The position numbers and the translations under genes are program-made. Shown one piece after another: positions 1 through 7,790 of a DNA stretch of 32,890 nucleotides. The stretch covers positions 1-32,890 of the forward strand of contig JBAZBO010000001.1 in NCBI GenBank assembly GCA_041671425.1, written 5' to 3'. Under the pieces are notes generated by a model. It saw only the letters and a program-made list of their open reading frames with translations. It did not search any database and was not told the origin of the DNA. Source of the DNA: Patescibacteria group bacterium (lineage in GTDB: Bacteria; Patescibacteriota; WWE3; UBA101185; UBA10185). How positions within the stretch are numbered: position 1 is the stretch's first letter; every line of letters starts with the position of its first letter.

Positions 1-1486
1 GAAAGATCCTTCAAAGCTAAAAGGGGTGCCCTGGAGTATAGATATGAGTACCTGGACCTATGAATCAGGCACTATCACCCAATTCCTACCCGATGACACA
101 ATCTTTGACACTATAGAATTCAAACCCGAGTTCTTCCTCAATCAGCTCAAGGAATATGCCTATCTGACCGCCGGGATCAAGTTTGAGATCATAGATCACA
201 AAGAAAATCTAAGCGAGACTTTTTACTTTGAGAGCGGGCTTAAAAGCTTCTTGAAATCTCTGAACAGGAACAAGGAAGTAGTAAATGAGAATGTATTCTA
301 CGTAAAAAAAGAAGTAGAGGGGATCAATGTAGAGGCCACTTTCCAATACAACGATTCGTTCAATGAGAATATCCTTTCCTTCGCGAACCATATCAAAACC
401 ACAGAGGGAGGCACACATCTGACCGGATTCAGATCTGCGCTTACCAGATCTATAAACGATTACGCAAGAAAGAACAATCTTCTCAAAGAAAAAGATCCTA
501 ACCTGTCTAGTGATGACCTTAAAGAGGGGCTTGCAGCTATAGTCTCGGTGAACCTAGACGCAAACACTCTGCAATTCGAGGGGCAGACAAAGTCAAAACT
601 GGGTAATTCCAATGTAAGGACAATAGTAGAGAATGTGGTCAGAGAAAGCATGGACGCGTATTTTGAAGAAAACCCAAGGGAAGCGTCTGAGATTATTAAC
701 AAGAACATAATAGCCTTCAAGGCCAGAATGGCAGCAAAAGCAGCTAGAGATTCTGTTATAAGAAAGGGTGTGCTGGACAGTGGGGGAGTGCTCCCAGGAA
801 AGTTAGCTGATTGCCAAGAAAAAGACCCCACTAAAACAGAATTATTCATAGTCGAGGGAGATTCCGCTGCGGGACCTGCTAAGCAGGGGAGGGATAGCAA
901 GATCCAGGCCATATTACCGCTCTTCGGTAAGATATTGAATACAGAAAGGGCTCGATTAGACAAAATGGTGAGTTCTGACAAGATAAAACCCCTAATAATA
1001 GCCATCGGTGCGGGTATTGGTGAGCAGTACAATCCAGAAAAACTTAGGTACAATAAATTGATAATAATGGCAGATGCTGACGTGGATGGTATGCATATCA
1101 TGACACTGTACCTTACCTTCTTCTATAGACATATGCCCGAGCTGATAGAGAACGGTCATATATACGTGGCAGTACCACCCTTATACAAAGCTTCTTGGGG
1201 TAAGAACAAGAAGTATTTGTTCGATGACTTTGAGAGATCAGTGTTTCTGAAGACTAGTGACGGTGACAAGGCCATAATTCAAAGATTCAAGGGTCTTGGA
1301 GAAATGAATGCCAATGAGCTTTGGGAAACCACTATGGATCCAGAAACCAGGAGACTGAAACAGATCCACGTAGGTGATGCCTCAAGAGCTGACGAGGTTT
1401 TCACAAAGCTGATGGGGGACGAGGTAGCCCCAAGGAAAAGATTCATACAAAACAACGCCAGACAGGCCAATGTAGATATTACCTAA
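1..1486 (+). CDS. gyrB: DNA gyrase subunit B, C-terminal ~490 aa (5' end outside the window; frame is open from nt 2)
   Basis: Toprim/GyrB C-terminal motifs EGDSAAGPAKQGRD, PLFGKILNTE, DADVDGMHI, FKGLGEMNANELWETTMDP. There is no stop upstream of the listed GTG at 26. Confidence 0.95.
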   Translation, partial: KDPSKLKGVPWSIDMSTWTYESGTITQFLPDDTIFDTIEFKPEFFLNQLKEYAYLTAGIKFEIIDHKENLSETFYFESGLKSFLKSLNRNKEVVNENVFYVKKEVEGINVEATFQYNDSFNENILSFANHIKTTEGGTHLTGFRSALTRSINDYARKNNLLKEKDPNLSSDDLKEGLAAIVSVNLDANTLQFEGQTKSKLGNSNVRTIVENVVRESMDAYFEENPREASEIINKNIIAFKARMAAKAARDSVIRKGVLDSGGVLPGKLADCQEKDPTKTELFIVEGDSAAGPAKQGRDSKIQAILPLFGKILNTERARLDKMVSSDKIKPLIIAIGAGIGEQYNPEKLRYNKLIIMADADVDGMHIMTLYLTFFYRHMPELIENGHIYVAVPPLYKASWGKNKKYLFDDFERSVFLKTSDGDKAIIQRFKGLGEMNANELWETTMDPETRRLKQIHVGDASRADEVFTKLMGDEVAPRKRFIQNNARQANVDIT

Positions 1487-1501
1487 TTTATAAGGAAAAC
1501 T

Positions 1502-2056
1502 ATGGATAATGACAGACACTCACATTTTCATATAATCCCTCAGGACAAAGCACCTGAATTATTGAATTTGATCGTGGAGATAGAGAAGGGGACCATGATC
1601 AAGTATGAGTACAACCATAAATATGGGATTTTGGAACTGGATAGGATACTATATGGCCCCACACAATATCCAGTGAACTATTGCAATGTGCCGTGTACTT
1701 GGAATCAGGACGATAATGACCCATTGGATGCAATACTTTACTGCTCCGGGAATCTAGTTCCGGGAACTTTGGCAAGCGGTAGGGTAGTGGGCATGATGGA
1801 GATGATAGACAATGGAGAAAAAGACCATAAAATACTCTGTGTAGCGGACAAGGATCCGAGATACGGTCATATAAAGACCTTGGAAGACCTAACGCCTTAT
1901 GAGTTAAAAGATGTTAAAACATTTATGGAGATCTACAAAATACCGCAGACCGGACCAAAAACCGTACAAGTCGGGGATTTTTTGGGTCTAAAAGAGGCAT
2001 ATAGATTTATAGAAAATGGAATTGAGTATTATAAAGAAAAGTTCATTAATAAATAA
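1502..2056 (+). CDS. ppa: Family I soluble inorganic pyrophosphatase
   Basis: Family I signature DDNDPLDAIL plus EIEKGTMIKYEY and DHKILCV. AAGGA Shine-Dalgarno 8 nt upstream. The TAA stop overlaps the gyrA ATG by 1 nt (TAATG). Confidence 0.9.
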   Translation: MDNDRHSHFHIIPQDKAPELLNLIVEIEKGTMIKYEYNHKYGILELDRILYGPTQYPVNYCNVPCTWNQDDNDPLDAILYCSGNLVPGTLASGRVVGMMEMIDNGEKDHKILCVADKDPRYGHIKTLEDLTPYELKDVKTFMEIYKIPQTGPKTVQVGDFLGLKEAYRFIENGIEYYKEKFINK

Positions 2057-4623
2057 TGCTTGATGAGATAACCGGACTTACAGCTGAAGAGCAGAACATA
2101 CTCCCCAAAGGGATCATACCCTCTGATATATCAGGGGAGATGGAGAAAGCATATCTGGATTATGCCATGAGCGTTATTGTCTCCAGAGCTCTACCTGATG
2201 TAAGAGATGGATTGAAACCGGTTCATAGAAGGATCATCTACGCCATGCAGGATCAAGGCATGGATCACACATCAAAGTTCAACAAATCTGCCGCAGTTGT
2301 GGGAGAGGTCATGAAGAAATATCACCCACACGGCGACACCTCTATATACGAAGCTTTAGTTAGGATGGCCCAGGATTTCTCCATGAGATATCCTCTGATC
2401 ATCCCGCAGGGTAATTTTGGAAGTATAGACGGTGACGGCCCCGCAGCTATGCGATATACCGAGTGTAAGATGGCCCCAATCGCAGAGGAACTTTATAGGG
2501 ACATAGATAAAGAAACTGTAGATTTTGAGATCAATGACCTTCAAAACGAAGAACCCATGTATCTCCCTTCTGTTATTCCCAACATTCTACTGAATGGTGG
2601 AACAGGCATCGCAGTAGGCATGGCAACAAATATTCCTCCTCACAATCTTACAGAGGTAATTGATGGAATAAACCTACTTATCGAAAAAGCCAGCAATATA
2701 GGAGAAGCACCTAAAAAAGATGCTCCTCAACAAATAGCCAAGGTAGATTTCTCATCCGAAGCAAATGTGGAGGATTTGGTTTCATGCATTCAAGGTCCGG
2801 ATTTTCCTACAGGTGGAATAATCTTTGACAAAAAAGAACTCATCCAGATGTATGCCACCGGAAGAGGAAAGGTGATAACCAGGGCAAGACTTGTTATAGA
2901 AGAGGATGCAAAAGGAAAGGCAAAGATCATTGTTACCGAGATACCTTATCAAGTCAATAAATCCACCTTAGTGGCAAAAATAGCTGATGCGGTGAAGGAC
3001 AAGAAGATCGAGGGCGTGTCGGATCTAAGGGATGAATCTAATAGGAACGGCATGAGGATAGTGATAGAGCTCAAAAAAGAGGCTATGCCCAAAAAAGTAG
3101 AGAACAGGCTCTATAAATATACCCAGCTTCAGGATACTTTCAACGCTAACATGGTAGCTCTAGTAAACGGGGAGCCAAAACTTCTGACTTTGAAGATGAT
3201 CCTGGAGGAGTTCGTCAGACATAGACAACAAGTAGTAGTCAAAAGGACAATTTTCTTTCTCAAAAAGGCAAAAGAGCGCGAGCATATACTACTGGGTCTC
3301 AAAATCGCTCTAGACAACCTAGACGAAGTCATAAACCTTATAAGAAATAGCAAAGATGCCGATGCAGCCAAGGCAGGACTGATAAAGAATTTCGATCTTT
3401 CAGAGATACAGGCTCAAGCTATCCTAGATATGCAGCTTAGGAGGCTGGCCGCTTTGGAAAGACAAAAGATAGAAGATGAACTTAAGCAGATCATTTCAAC
3501 CATAAAAGATTTTGAAAGCCTATTATCATCTCCAACCAGGATAATGGATACAGTAAAGGACGAACTCGCAAAGATAAAAGAGAAGTACGGTGACGAGAGA
3601 AAGACCAAAGTAGTGAAAGGAAGAGTTGGTGAGATATCCGACGAAGATCTGGTCGTGAACGAACCTTGCATTATAACAATCTCAAATAATGGTTACATCA
3701 AGAGACTCAAAGAAGGCAGCTACAAAACACAAGGCAGAGGAGGCAAAGGAGTAAGGGGACAGGAATTGAGGGAAGAGGATGAGATATCCACAATAAGAGC
3801 ATGCAATACCCACGACTTCGCATTCTTTTTCACAAATACCGGCAAGGTTTACAAAATGAGGATCTGGGAAATCCCAGAGACCATGCGCACCGCAAAAGGC
3901 ACCGCACTGATCAATTTCCTGAACATTACTCAAGATGAAAGCGTACAGGCTTTCCTGAGCACCCCTGCTGAAGTACTTGATGAGGGTAAGGGTTATATCG
4001 TGTTTGGCACCGAAAAAGGCAGGGTAAAGAAAACCTCTCTGTCAGATTTCTCTAACATAAGATCTTCTGGAATCATGGCAATAAAGATGGAGGAAGATGA
4101 TAACTTAACTTGGGTGAGATCCTCAAACGGCAAAGACGATATCATGATCACTACAACACAGGGTCAGTCCATAAGGTTCAGGGAAACTGATGTAAGACCC
4201 ATGGGCAGGACAGCGGCTGGTGTGGTGGGCATAAAGATCACCAAAAAAGAAGATAGGGTGGTAGGGATGGTAGTCATCCCAGAAGGAAGTAAAGACTGCG
4301 AGCTGATAGTTGTAACCGGAAAAGGCTATGGTAAAAGGACTAAGCTGGCCGAGTACAAGACTCAGAACAGAGGCGGCTCGGGTATAAAAACTTACAAAGT
4401 CACTGATAAAACAGGAGGAATCATTACAGCACAGATTCAGCACAGAGACATAGAAAGTGATCTTTTGATAGCAACCATCAGTGGACAAGTAATCAGAATG
4501 GGCACCAAACAGGTTCCACTTTTGGGAAGGGACACCATGGGAGTAAGGCTCATCAAGCTGGATGACTCGGACTTCGCTACCTCCGTTGCGTTATTGGATA
4601 CTCTCGAGATAGAAGAGGAATAG
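2056..4623 (+). CDS. gyrA: DNA gyrase subunit A
   Basis: YAMSVIVSRALPDVRDGLKPVHRRIIYAM, HPHGD, AAMRYTE (active-site Tyr region), and a C-terminal beta-pinwheel repeat region. 855 aa. Confidence 0.97.
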   Translation: MLDEITGLTAEEQNILPKGIIPSDISGEMEKAYLDYAMSVIVSRALPDVRDGLKPVHRRIIYAMQDQGMDHTSKFNKSAAVVGEVMKKYHPHGDTSIYEALVRMAQDFSMRYPLIIPQGNFGSIDGDGPAAMRYTECKMAPIAEELYRDIDKETVDFEINDLQNEEPMYLPSVIPNILLNGGTGIAVGMATNIPPHNLTEVIDGINLLIEKASNIGEAPKKDAPQQIAKVDFSSEANVEDLVSCIQGPDFPTGGIIFDKKELIQMYATGRGKVITRARLVIEEDAKGKAKIIVTEIPYQVNKSTLVAKIADAVKDKKIEGVSDLRDESNRNGMRIVIELKKEAMPKKVENRLYKYTQLQDTFNANMVALVNGEPKLLTLKMILEEFVRHRQQVVVKRTIFFLKKAKEREHILLGLKIALDNLDEVINLIRNSKDADAAKAGLIKNFDLSEIQAQAILDMQLRRLAALERQKIEDELKQIISTIKDFESLLSSPTRIMDTVKDELAKIKEKYGDERKTKVVKGRVGEISDEDLVVNEPCIITISNNGYIKRLKEGSYKTQGRGGKGVRGQELREEDEISTIRACNTHDFAFFFTNTGKVYKMRIWEIPETMRTAKGTALINFLNITQDESVQAFLSTPAEVLDEGKGYIVFGTEKGRVKKTSLSDFSNIRSSGIMAIKMEEDDNLTWVRSSNGKDDIMITTTQGQSIRFRETDVRPMGRTAAGVVGIKITKKEDRVVGMVVIPEGSKDCELIVVTGKGYGKRTKLAEYKTQNRGGSGIKTYKVTDKTGGIITAQIQHRDIESDLLIATISGQVIRMGTKQVPLLGRDTMGVRLIKLDDSDFATSVALLDTLEIEEE

Positions 4624-4630
4624 CGGGATT

Positions 4631-4650
4631 ATCCTCGGACGATCCTCGGA
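4631..4650. repeat. Tandem direct repeat ATCCTCGGA-cg-ATCCTCGGA (period 11 bp)
   Basis: Read directly. A closely related tandem pair, ATCCTGGGG-c-ATCCTGGGA, occurs at 6390-6408. Confidence 0.6.
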
Positions 4651-4710
4651 ACAACCCAGGTTATCCCTGATATCAACAAGAAAATCTACGAAAGGTGTAA
4701 GGACAGTACT

Positions 4711-4719
4711 TGATATAAT
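4711..4719 (+). promoter_or_regulatory. Extended -10 element TGATATAAT, 6 nt before the rnhB GTG
   Basis: TGn+TATAAT ends at 4719 and the start codon is at 4726. No Shine-Dalgarno lies between them. Same geometry as many other first genes in this window. Confidence 0.45.
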
Positions 4720-4725
4720 ATCCAC

Positions 4726-5373
4726 GTGCTTACCAAATACGAAACATTTCTTTGGGATGGGGGAATCCAGAACATTGCTGGTGTTGATGAAGTGGGTAGG
4801 GGAGCACTTGCCGGACCGCTAGTAACCGCTGCGGTAATATTGAACAAAGAACACCTCTATAGGAATAACGACGTCTCATCTGAGATCATGGAACTGTACG
4901 AGCAGATAAATGACTCCAAGCTCCTGACACCAAAGAAAAGAGAGAAGTTATCAGAGTTTATCAGAGAACATGCTGTTACCTTTTCAATATCGCAGATAGA
5001 AAATACAGAAGTAGACGATCTGGGAATATCCGCATCAACTCAGAAAGCATTCTTTAACTCCATACAAAACCTAAAGGTAAAGCCTGGGCATGTATTAACT
5101 GATACCTTTGAAATCAAAAAACTCACCAAGGCCAATCAGACCAACATCATAAAAGGTGATACCAAAAGCATAACTATCGCCGCCGCATCAATAGTTGCCA
5201 AAGTCTACAGAGATGCGCTCATGGTCAAAATGCACGAGACCTACCAAGAATATGGCTTTGACAAACACAAGGGCTACGGTACGATCTTCCATATGGGGGC
5301 GTTAAAAAAGTATGGGCCTTGCAAAATCCACCGTATTACCTTTGCTCCTTTAAGCATCAAGAAAAATCAGTAA
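4726..5373 (+). CDS. rnhB: Ribonuclease HII
   Basis: IAGVDEVGRGALAGPLV catalytic motif, DSKLLTPKKRE, GDTKSITIAAASIVAKVYRD. GTG is the only canonical in-frame start before the catalytic motif. Confidence 0.92.
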   Translation: MLTKYETFLWDGGIQNIAGVDEVGRGALAGPLVTAAVILNKEHLYRNNDVSSEIMELYEQINDSKLLTPKKREKLSEFIREHAVTFSISQIENTEVDDLGISASTQKAFFNSIQNLKVKPGHVLTDTFEIKKLTKANQTNIIKGDTKSITIAAASIVAKVYRDALMVKMHETYQEYGFDKHKGYGTIFHMGALKKYGPCKIHRITFAPLSIKKNQ

Positions 5374-6371
5374 AGGGTAGTCTCACTCTCATCAGCTTCA
5401 GATTCGGCATCTATATCTTTGTGGAATTTCTTGTGAACATCTTTAAGTTGTTTATTGGTCACATGGGTATATACCTGAGTAGTGGATACATTCGAGTGAC
5501 CCAAGAGCTCCTGCACAGACCTTAAGTCCGCACCTTCCCGCAAAAGCCCCGTGGCAAAGGTATGCCTAAGAGTATGAGGAGTGGCATCTACGGATATTCC
5601 TGACCTTAATGTATATTTTTTTACCAGCCTCTCCACACTGCGCGTTGTTAATCTCAATGATTCTCCTAAAACATCATTCACTTCCATACTCTTTCCTGAA
5701 TAGCGCAAAAATAGGGGAGTGAAAGCATCACTGCGGGTTGATAAATAACGACGTAACCAGTCCCGGGCACTGGGGCTTAAGTAAACCGTACGAAGTTTGC
5801 GACCTTTACCCATAACCGAGAACTCACCGGACTCAAGATTCACAGAATCTACATTTAAATGCACCAATTCAGAGACTCTCAGGCCTGTACTGAACAAAGT
5901 TTCCAAAATTGCCCGATCACGGATCCCCGAGCGTTTATTAAGATCCTGTGTTTCAAAAAGTCTTTTCATCTGCTCATCATTGAGCACCTTGGGTGAAGAA
6001 TCCTCTGATTTGCCCAGTATTATCTGCTCAGGTGACACCACGTTCAAACCCATCTCAACAATCAGATACTTTAGAAAAGCTCTTACGGCTATCAGAAAGG
6101 TTTTCTGGGTCGACCTTTTGAACTCCTCATGGGATTTGGAACTAATCCTACGATTTAGATTCACACGATACTTTTTAATAAGGTCTACATTCAGATCAGT
6201 GGTCAGGATTGTATCTTTCTGAAGATATTCAGACGACCAGTCCAAAAAGTCATTCAGATAGAAGTGGTACATCTTGATCGTACTCTGGGAAAGGTTCTTT
6301 TCTATCTCACAATACTCAAGGTACTGAGTCACTAGTGAACGAGTTGAATCTCTAGATGATGAATTAGCCAT
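5367..6371 (-). CDS. Xer-type site-specific tyrosine recombinase (XerC/XerD family)
   Basis: C-terminal catalytic region HTLRHTFATGLLREGADLRSVQELLGHSNVSTTQVYTHV, with an N-terminal SAM-like core-binding domain. ATG at 6371 is preferred over the listed TTG at 6377. TGA stop. Overlaps the rnhB 3' end convergently by 7 nt. Confidence 0.9.
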   Translation of the reverse strand: MANSSSRDSTRSLVTQYLEYCEIEKNLSQSTIKMYHFYLNDFLDWSSEYLQKDTILTTDLNVDLIKKYRVNLNRRISSKSHEEFKRSTQKTFLIAVRAFLKYLIVEMGLNVVSPEQIILGKSEDSSPKVLNDEQMKRLFETQDLNKRSGIRDRAILETLFSTGLRVSELVHLNVDSVNLESGEFSVMGKGRKLRTVYLSPSARDWLRRYLSTRSDAFTPLFLRYSGKSMEVNDVLGESLRLTTRSVERLVKKYTLRSGISVDATPHTLRHTFATGLLREGADLRSVQELLGHSNVSTTQVYTHVTNKQLKDVHKKFHKDIDAESEADESETTLY

Positions 6372-6376
6372 GTGCA

Positions 6377-6383
6377 AATATAA
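6377..6383 (-). promoter_or_regulatory. -10-like TATATT/TTATAT, 5-6 nt upstream of the xer ATG
   Basis: Minus strand reads TTTTTATATTTGCAC-ATG, with no Shine-Dalgarno. Confidence 0.35.
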
Positions 6384-6389
6384 AAATCA

Positions 6390-6408
6390 ATCCTGGGGCA
6401 TCCTGGGA
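6390..6408. repeat. Tandem direct repeat ATCCTGGGG-c-ATCCTGGGA (period 10 bp)
   Basis: Read directly. Related to the repeat at 4631-4650. Lies where the -35 region of the putative xer promoter would be. Confidence 0.55.
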
Positions 6409-6641
6409 CCCTAGGCTTTAGCTAAGGCAAAAACTGCCCGTTGTGGACATATTCTAACACAAAACGATTCCAAAATGCCGCGGAAATTAAACAAGCACAG
6501 GAATTAAGGATAGGAAGGTAAAAGGGAATAGAGGACAGTGGGTTTTAGATAAATATTAATAATCAATAAATCACAGAATTGGAAGTGCATAAAATTGGAC
6601 ACAGCAATGAGAATAGAGTAGCATGATGTTTTAGATCTTAG

Positions 6642-6669
6642 ACGTCGTATAATGTATGTTTAACGACGT
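6642..6669. other. Candidate dif-like Xer recombination site, ACGTCGTATAA-TGTATG-TTTAACGACGT
   Basis: 11-6-11 architecture with arms 9/11 reverse-complementary. The inner ATAA and central TGTAT resemble E. coli dif (GGTGCGCATAA-TGTATA-TTATGTTAAAT). Lies 271 bp from the xer start. Confidence 0.45.
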
Positions 6670-6849
6670 ATCGTGGGGTTTTAAACCTAAACCCGCATAC
6701 GAGACACATAATGTTTAGGGGAATACACTGGGAAAGGTTGAGCACACAATTATCAATTAATTAAGATATACATTTCTTTATCATTTATTCTCCGTATTTA
6801 TTTTCATGAATTTGCGAACTGCAGGCCTTAGGATCCAAGGCCACAGGAA

Positions 6850-6858
6850 TTATCCACA
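6850..6858 (+). promoter_or_regulatory. Perfect DnaA-box consensus TTATCCACA (single copy)
   Basis: Exact 9-mer read in the long intergenic region. I saw only one additional weak (7/9) match, TGTGGACAT, near 6453. Confidence 0.3.
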
Positions 6859-6876
6859 AAGTGAGTAAATTAAAAG

Positions 6877-6930
6877 TATGACAATCATACTATGACAACT
6901 ATACCCTATAATAATAGTGACAATTATCAC
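6877..6930. repeat. Abutting 14-bp direct repeats TATGACAATCATAC / TATGACAACTATAC, plus a third degenerate copy GTGACAATTATCAC
   Basis: Read directly. Copy 1 sits inside the palindrome GTATGA-caa-TCATAC, and copy 3 is a near-palindrome. A 9-bp inverted repeat TACCCTATA(6902-6910)/TATAGGGTA(6948-6956) brackets copy 3. Confidence 0.6.
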
Positions 6931-6986
6931 CTCAAGCCTATAACTGCTATAGGGTACTTCCCCACTCCGGTGTATGTCTCAAAAAA

Positions 6987-7787
6987 CTAGGGTTTGAAAA
7001 TGAGTACAAGTAGTAAAAATATAGCTAATAGAAATACATACTCAAAGATAATTGATTTATTTAGCCTGTTCTTATAATGCAGCACCATGTAGTTTAGACC
7101 AAACATCAGAGATCCCGCACACAGCAGGGACCTAAGGAACGACTCTGCTGGTATAAAGGAAACAGCTAGGGCCGAAGAAAAGGCAAAGAAGGCTACCATT
7201 AAACCCATCATAATGCTCTCCCCTGCTCCTATCCTCACAACTTCTCTGTCAAAACCAAGAGTCCATAGTAAATAAAGCGCAAATAAAAATGATGATGCAC
7301 CCACTACCAGATCTTGCATAATAAAATTGGCGGGGATCTTAAATACACCTGCAAAGAAGGGTATGGCTATAATAACTATCAGTATCTGAGCCCAAGTAAT
7401 AGCAACACGATATAGGGGTATTGTATCCTCCTTGTCTTCCACCACAATGAACACATTATTAACCAGACTAATGAGATACAACGAAATTGAGGAAAAGACC
7501 AAGGCAGATACTCTGAAGGGCACACTCAGGTTAGGAAAGAAATATAGTGAAAATATTGTCCCTATGAACAGATGTAACGGGAGTAGAACCAGAGGAAAGG
7601 CGTTCTTATAATTAATACCTGGATATTGAGTAAATATTGCCCCTACTATACAGAACAGATTAGTGATCAACACCTTGTAAGAGAAGCTGATGTTGGGTCC
7701 GCCCCTTGAGAAAAGCCACAGTATAAGCAATAAAGACAGCAAAGAGTACAGGATATACTTCTGTCTTTTCTGAAGTAAGAATTTCAT
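6987..7787 (-). CDS. Polytopic integral membrane protein, unknown function
   Basis: 266 aa made almost entirely of hydrophobic helices. Starts 3 nt after the yebC stop, so probably co-transcribed. I recognise no family motif. Confidence 0.7.
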   Translation of the reverse strand: MKFLLQKRQKYILYSLLSLLLILWLFSRGGPNISFSYKVLITNLFCIVGAIFTQYPGINYKNAFPLVLLPLHLFIGTIFSLYFFPNLSVPFRVSALVFSSISLYLISLVNNVFIVVEDKEDTIPLYRVAITWAQILIVIIAIPFFAGVFKIPANFIMQDLVVGASSFLFALYLLWTLGFDREVVRIGAGESIMMGLMVAFFAFSSALAVSFIPAESFLRSLLCAGSLMFGLNYMVLHYKNRLNKSIIFEYVFLLAIFLLLVLIFKP

Positions 7788-7790
7788 CTC

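Noticed and set aside
460-1101. Long antisense ORFs opposite well-supported genes. Examples: 460-1101(-) in gyrB, 5797-6222(+) in xer, 9129-9423(+) and 9616-10056(+), 23029-23454(+) in htrA, 24192-24590(+) in ctpA, 32207-32617(+) in hppA.
   Set aside because: Each lies fully inside a gene with unmistakable family motifs on the other strand. Their translations are low-complexity or Ser/Leu/Phe-rich shadow sequences with no recognisable motifs.
5319-5525. 68-aa plus-strand ORF spanning the rnhB/xer junction.
   Set aside because: It lies antisense to the conserved catalytic C-terminus of the recombinase and has no independent signals.
5367-6371. Interpreting the tyrosine recombinase as the integrase of an integrated element whose cargo is the adjacent non-coding region.
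   Set aside because: The protein has the Xer-type layout and C-terminal motif. The neighbours on both sides are core genes. No tRNA or direct-repeat att pair flanks it. The nearby 11-6-11 palindrome fits a chromosomal dif better.
6378-6986. Calling this region oriC.
   Set aside because: It has only one perfect DnaA box and one weak one, not a cluster. Flanking genes converge rather than diverge, and a dif-like site is present. It is kept as a low-interest finding that needs a GC-skew test.
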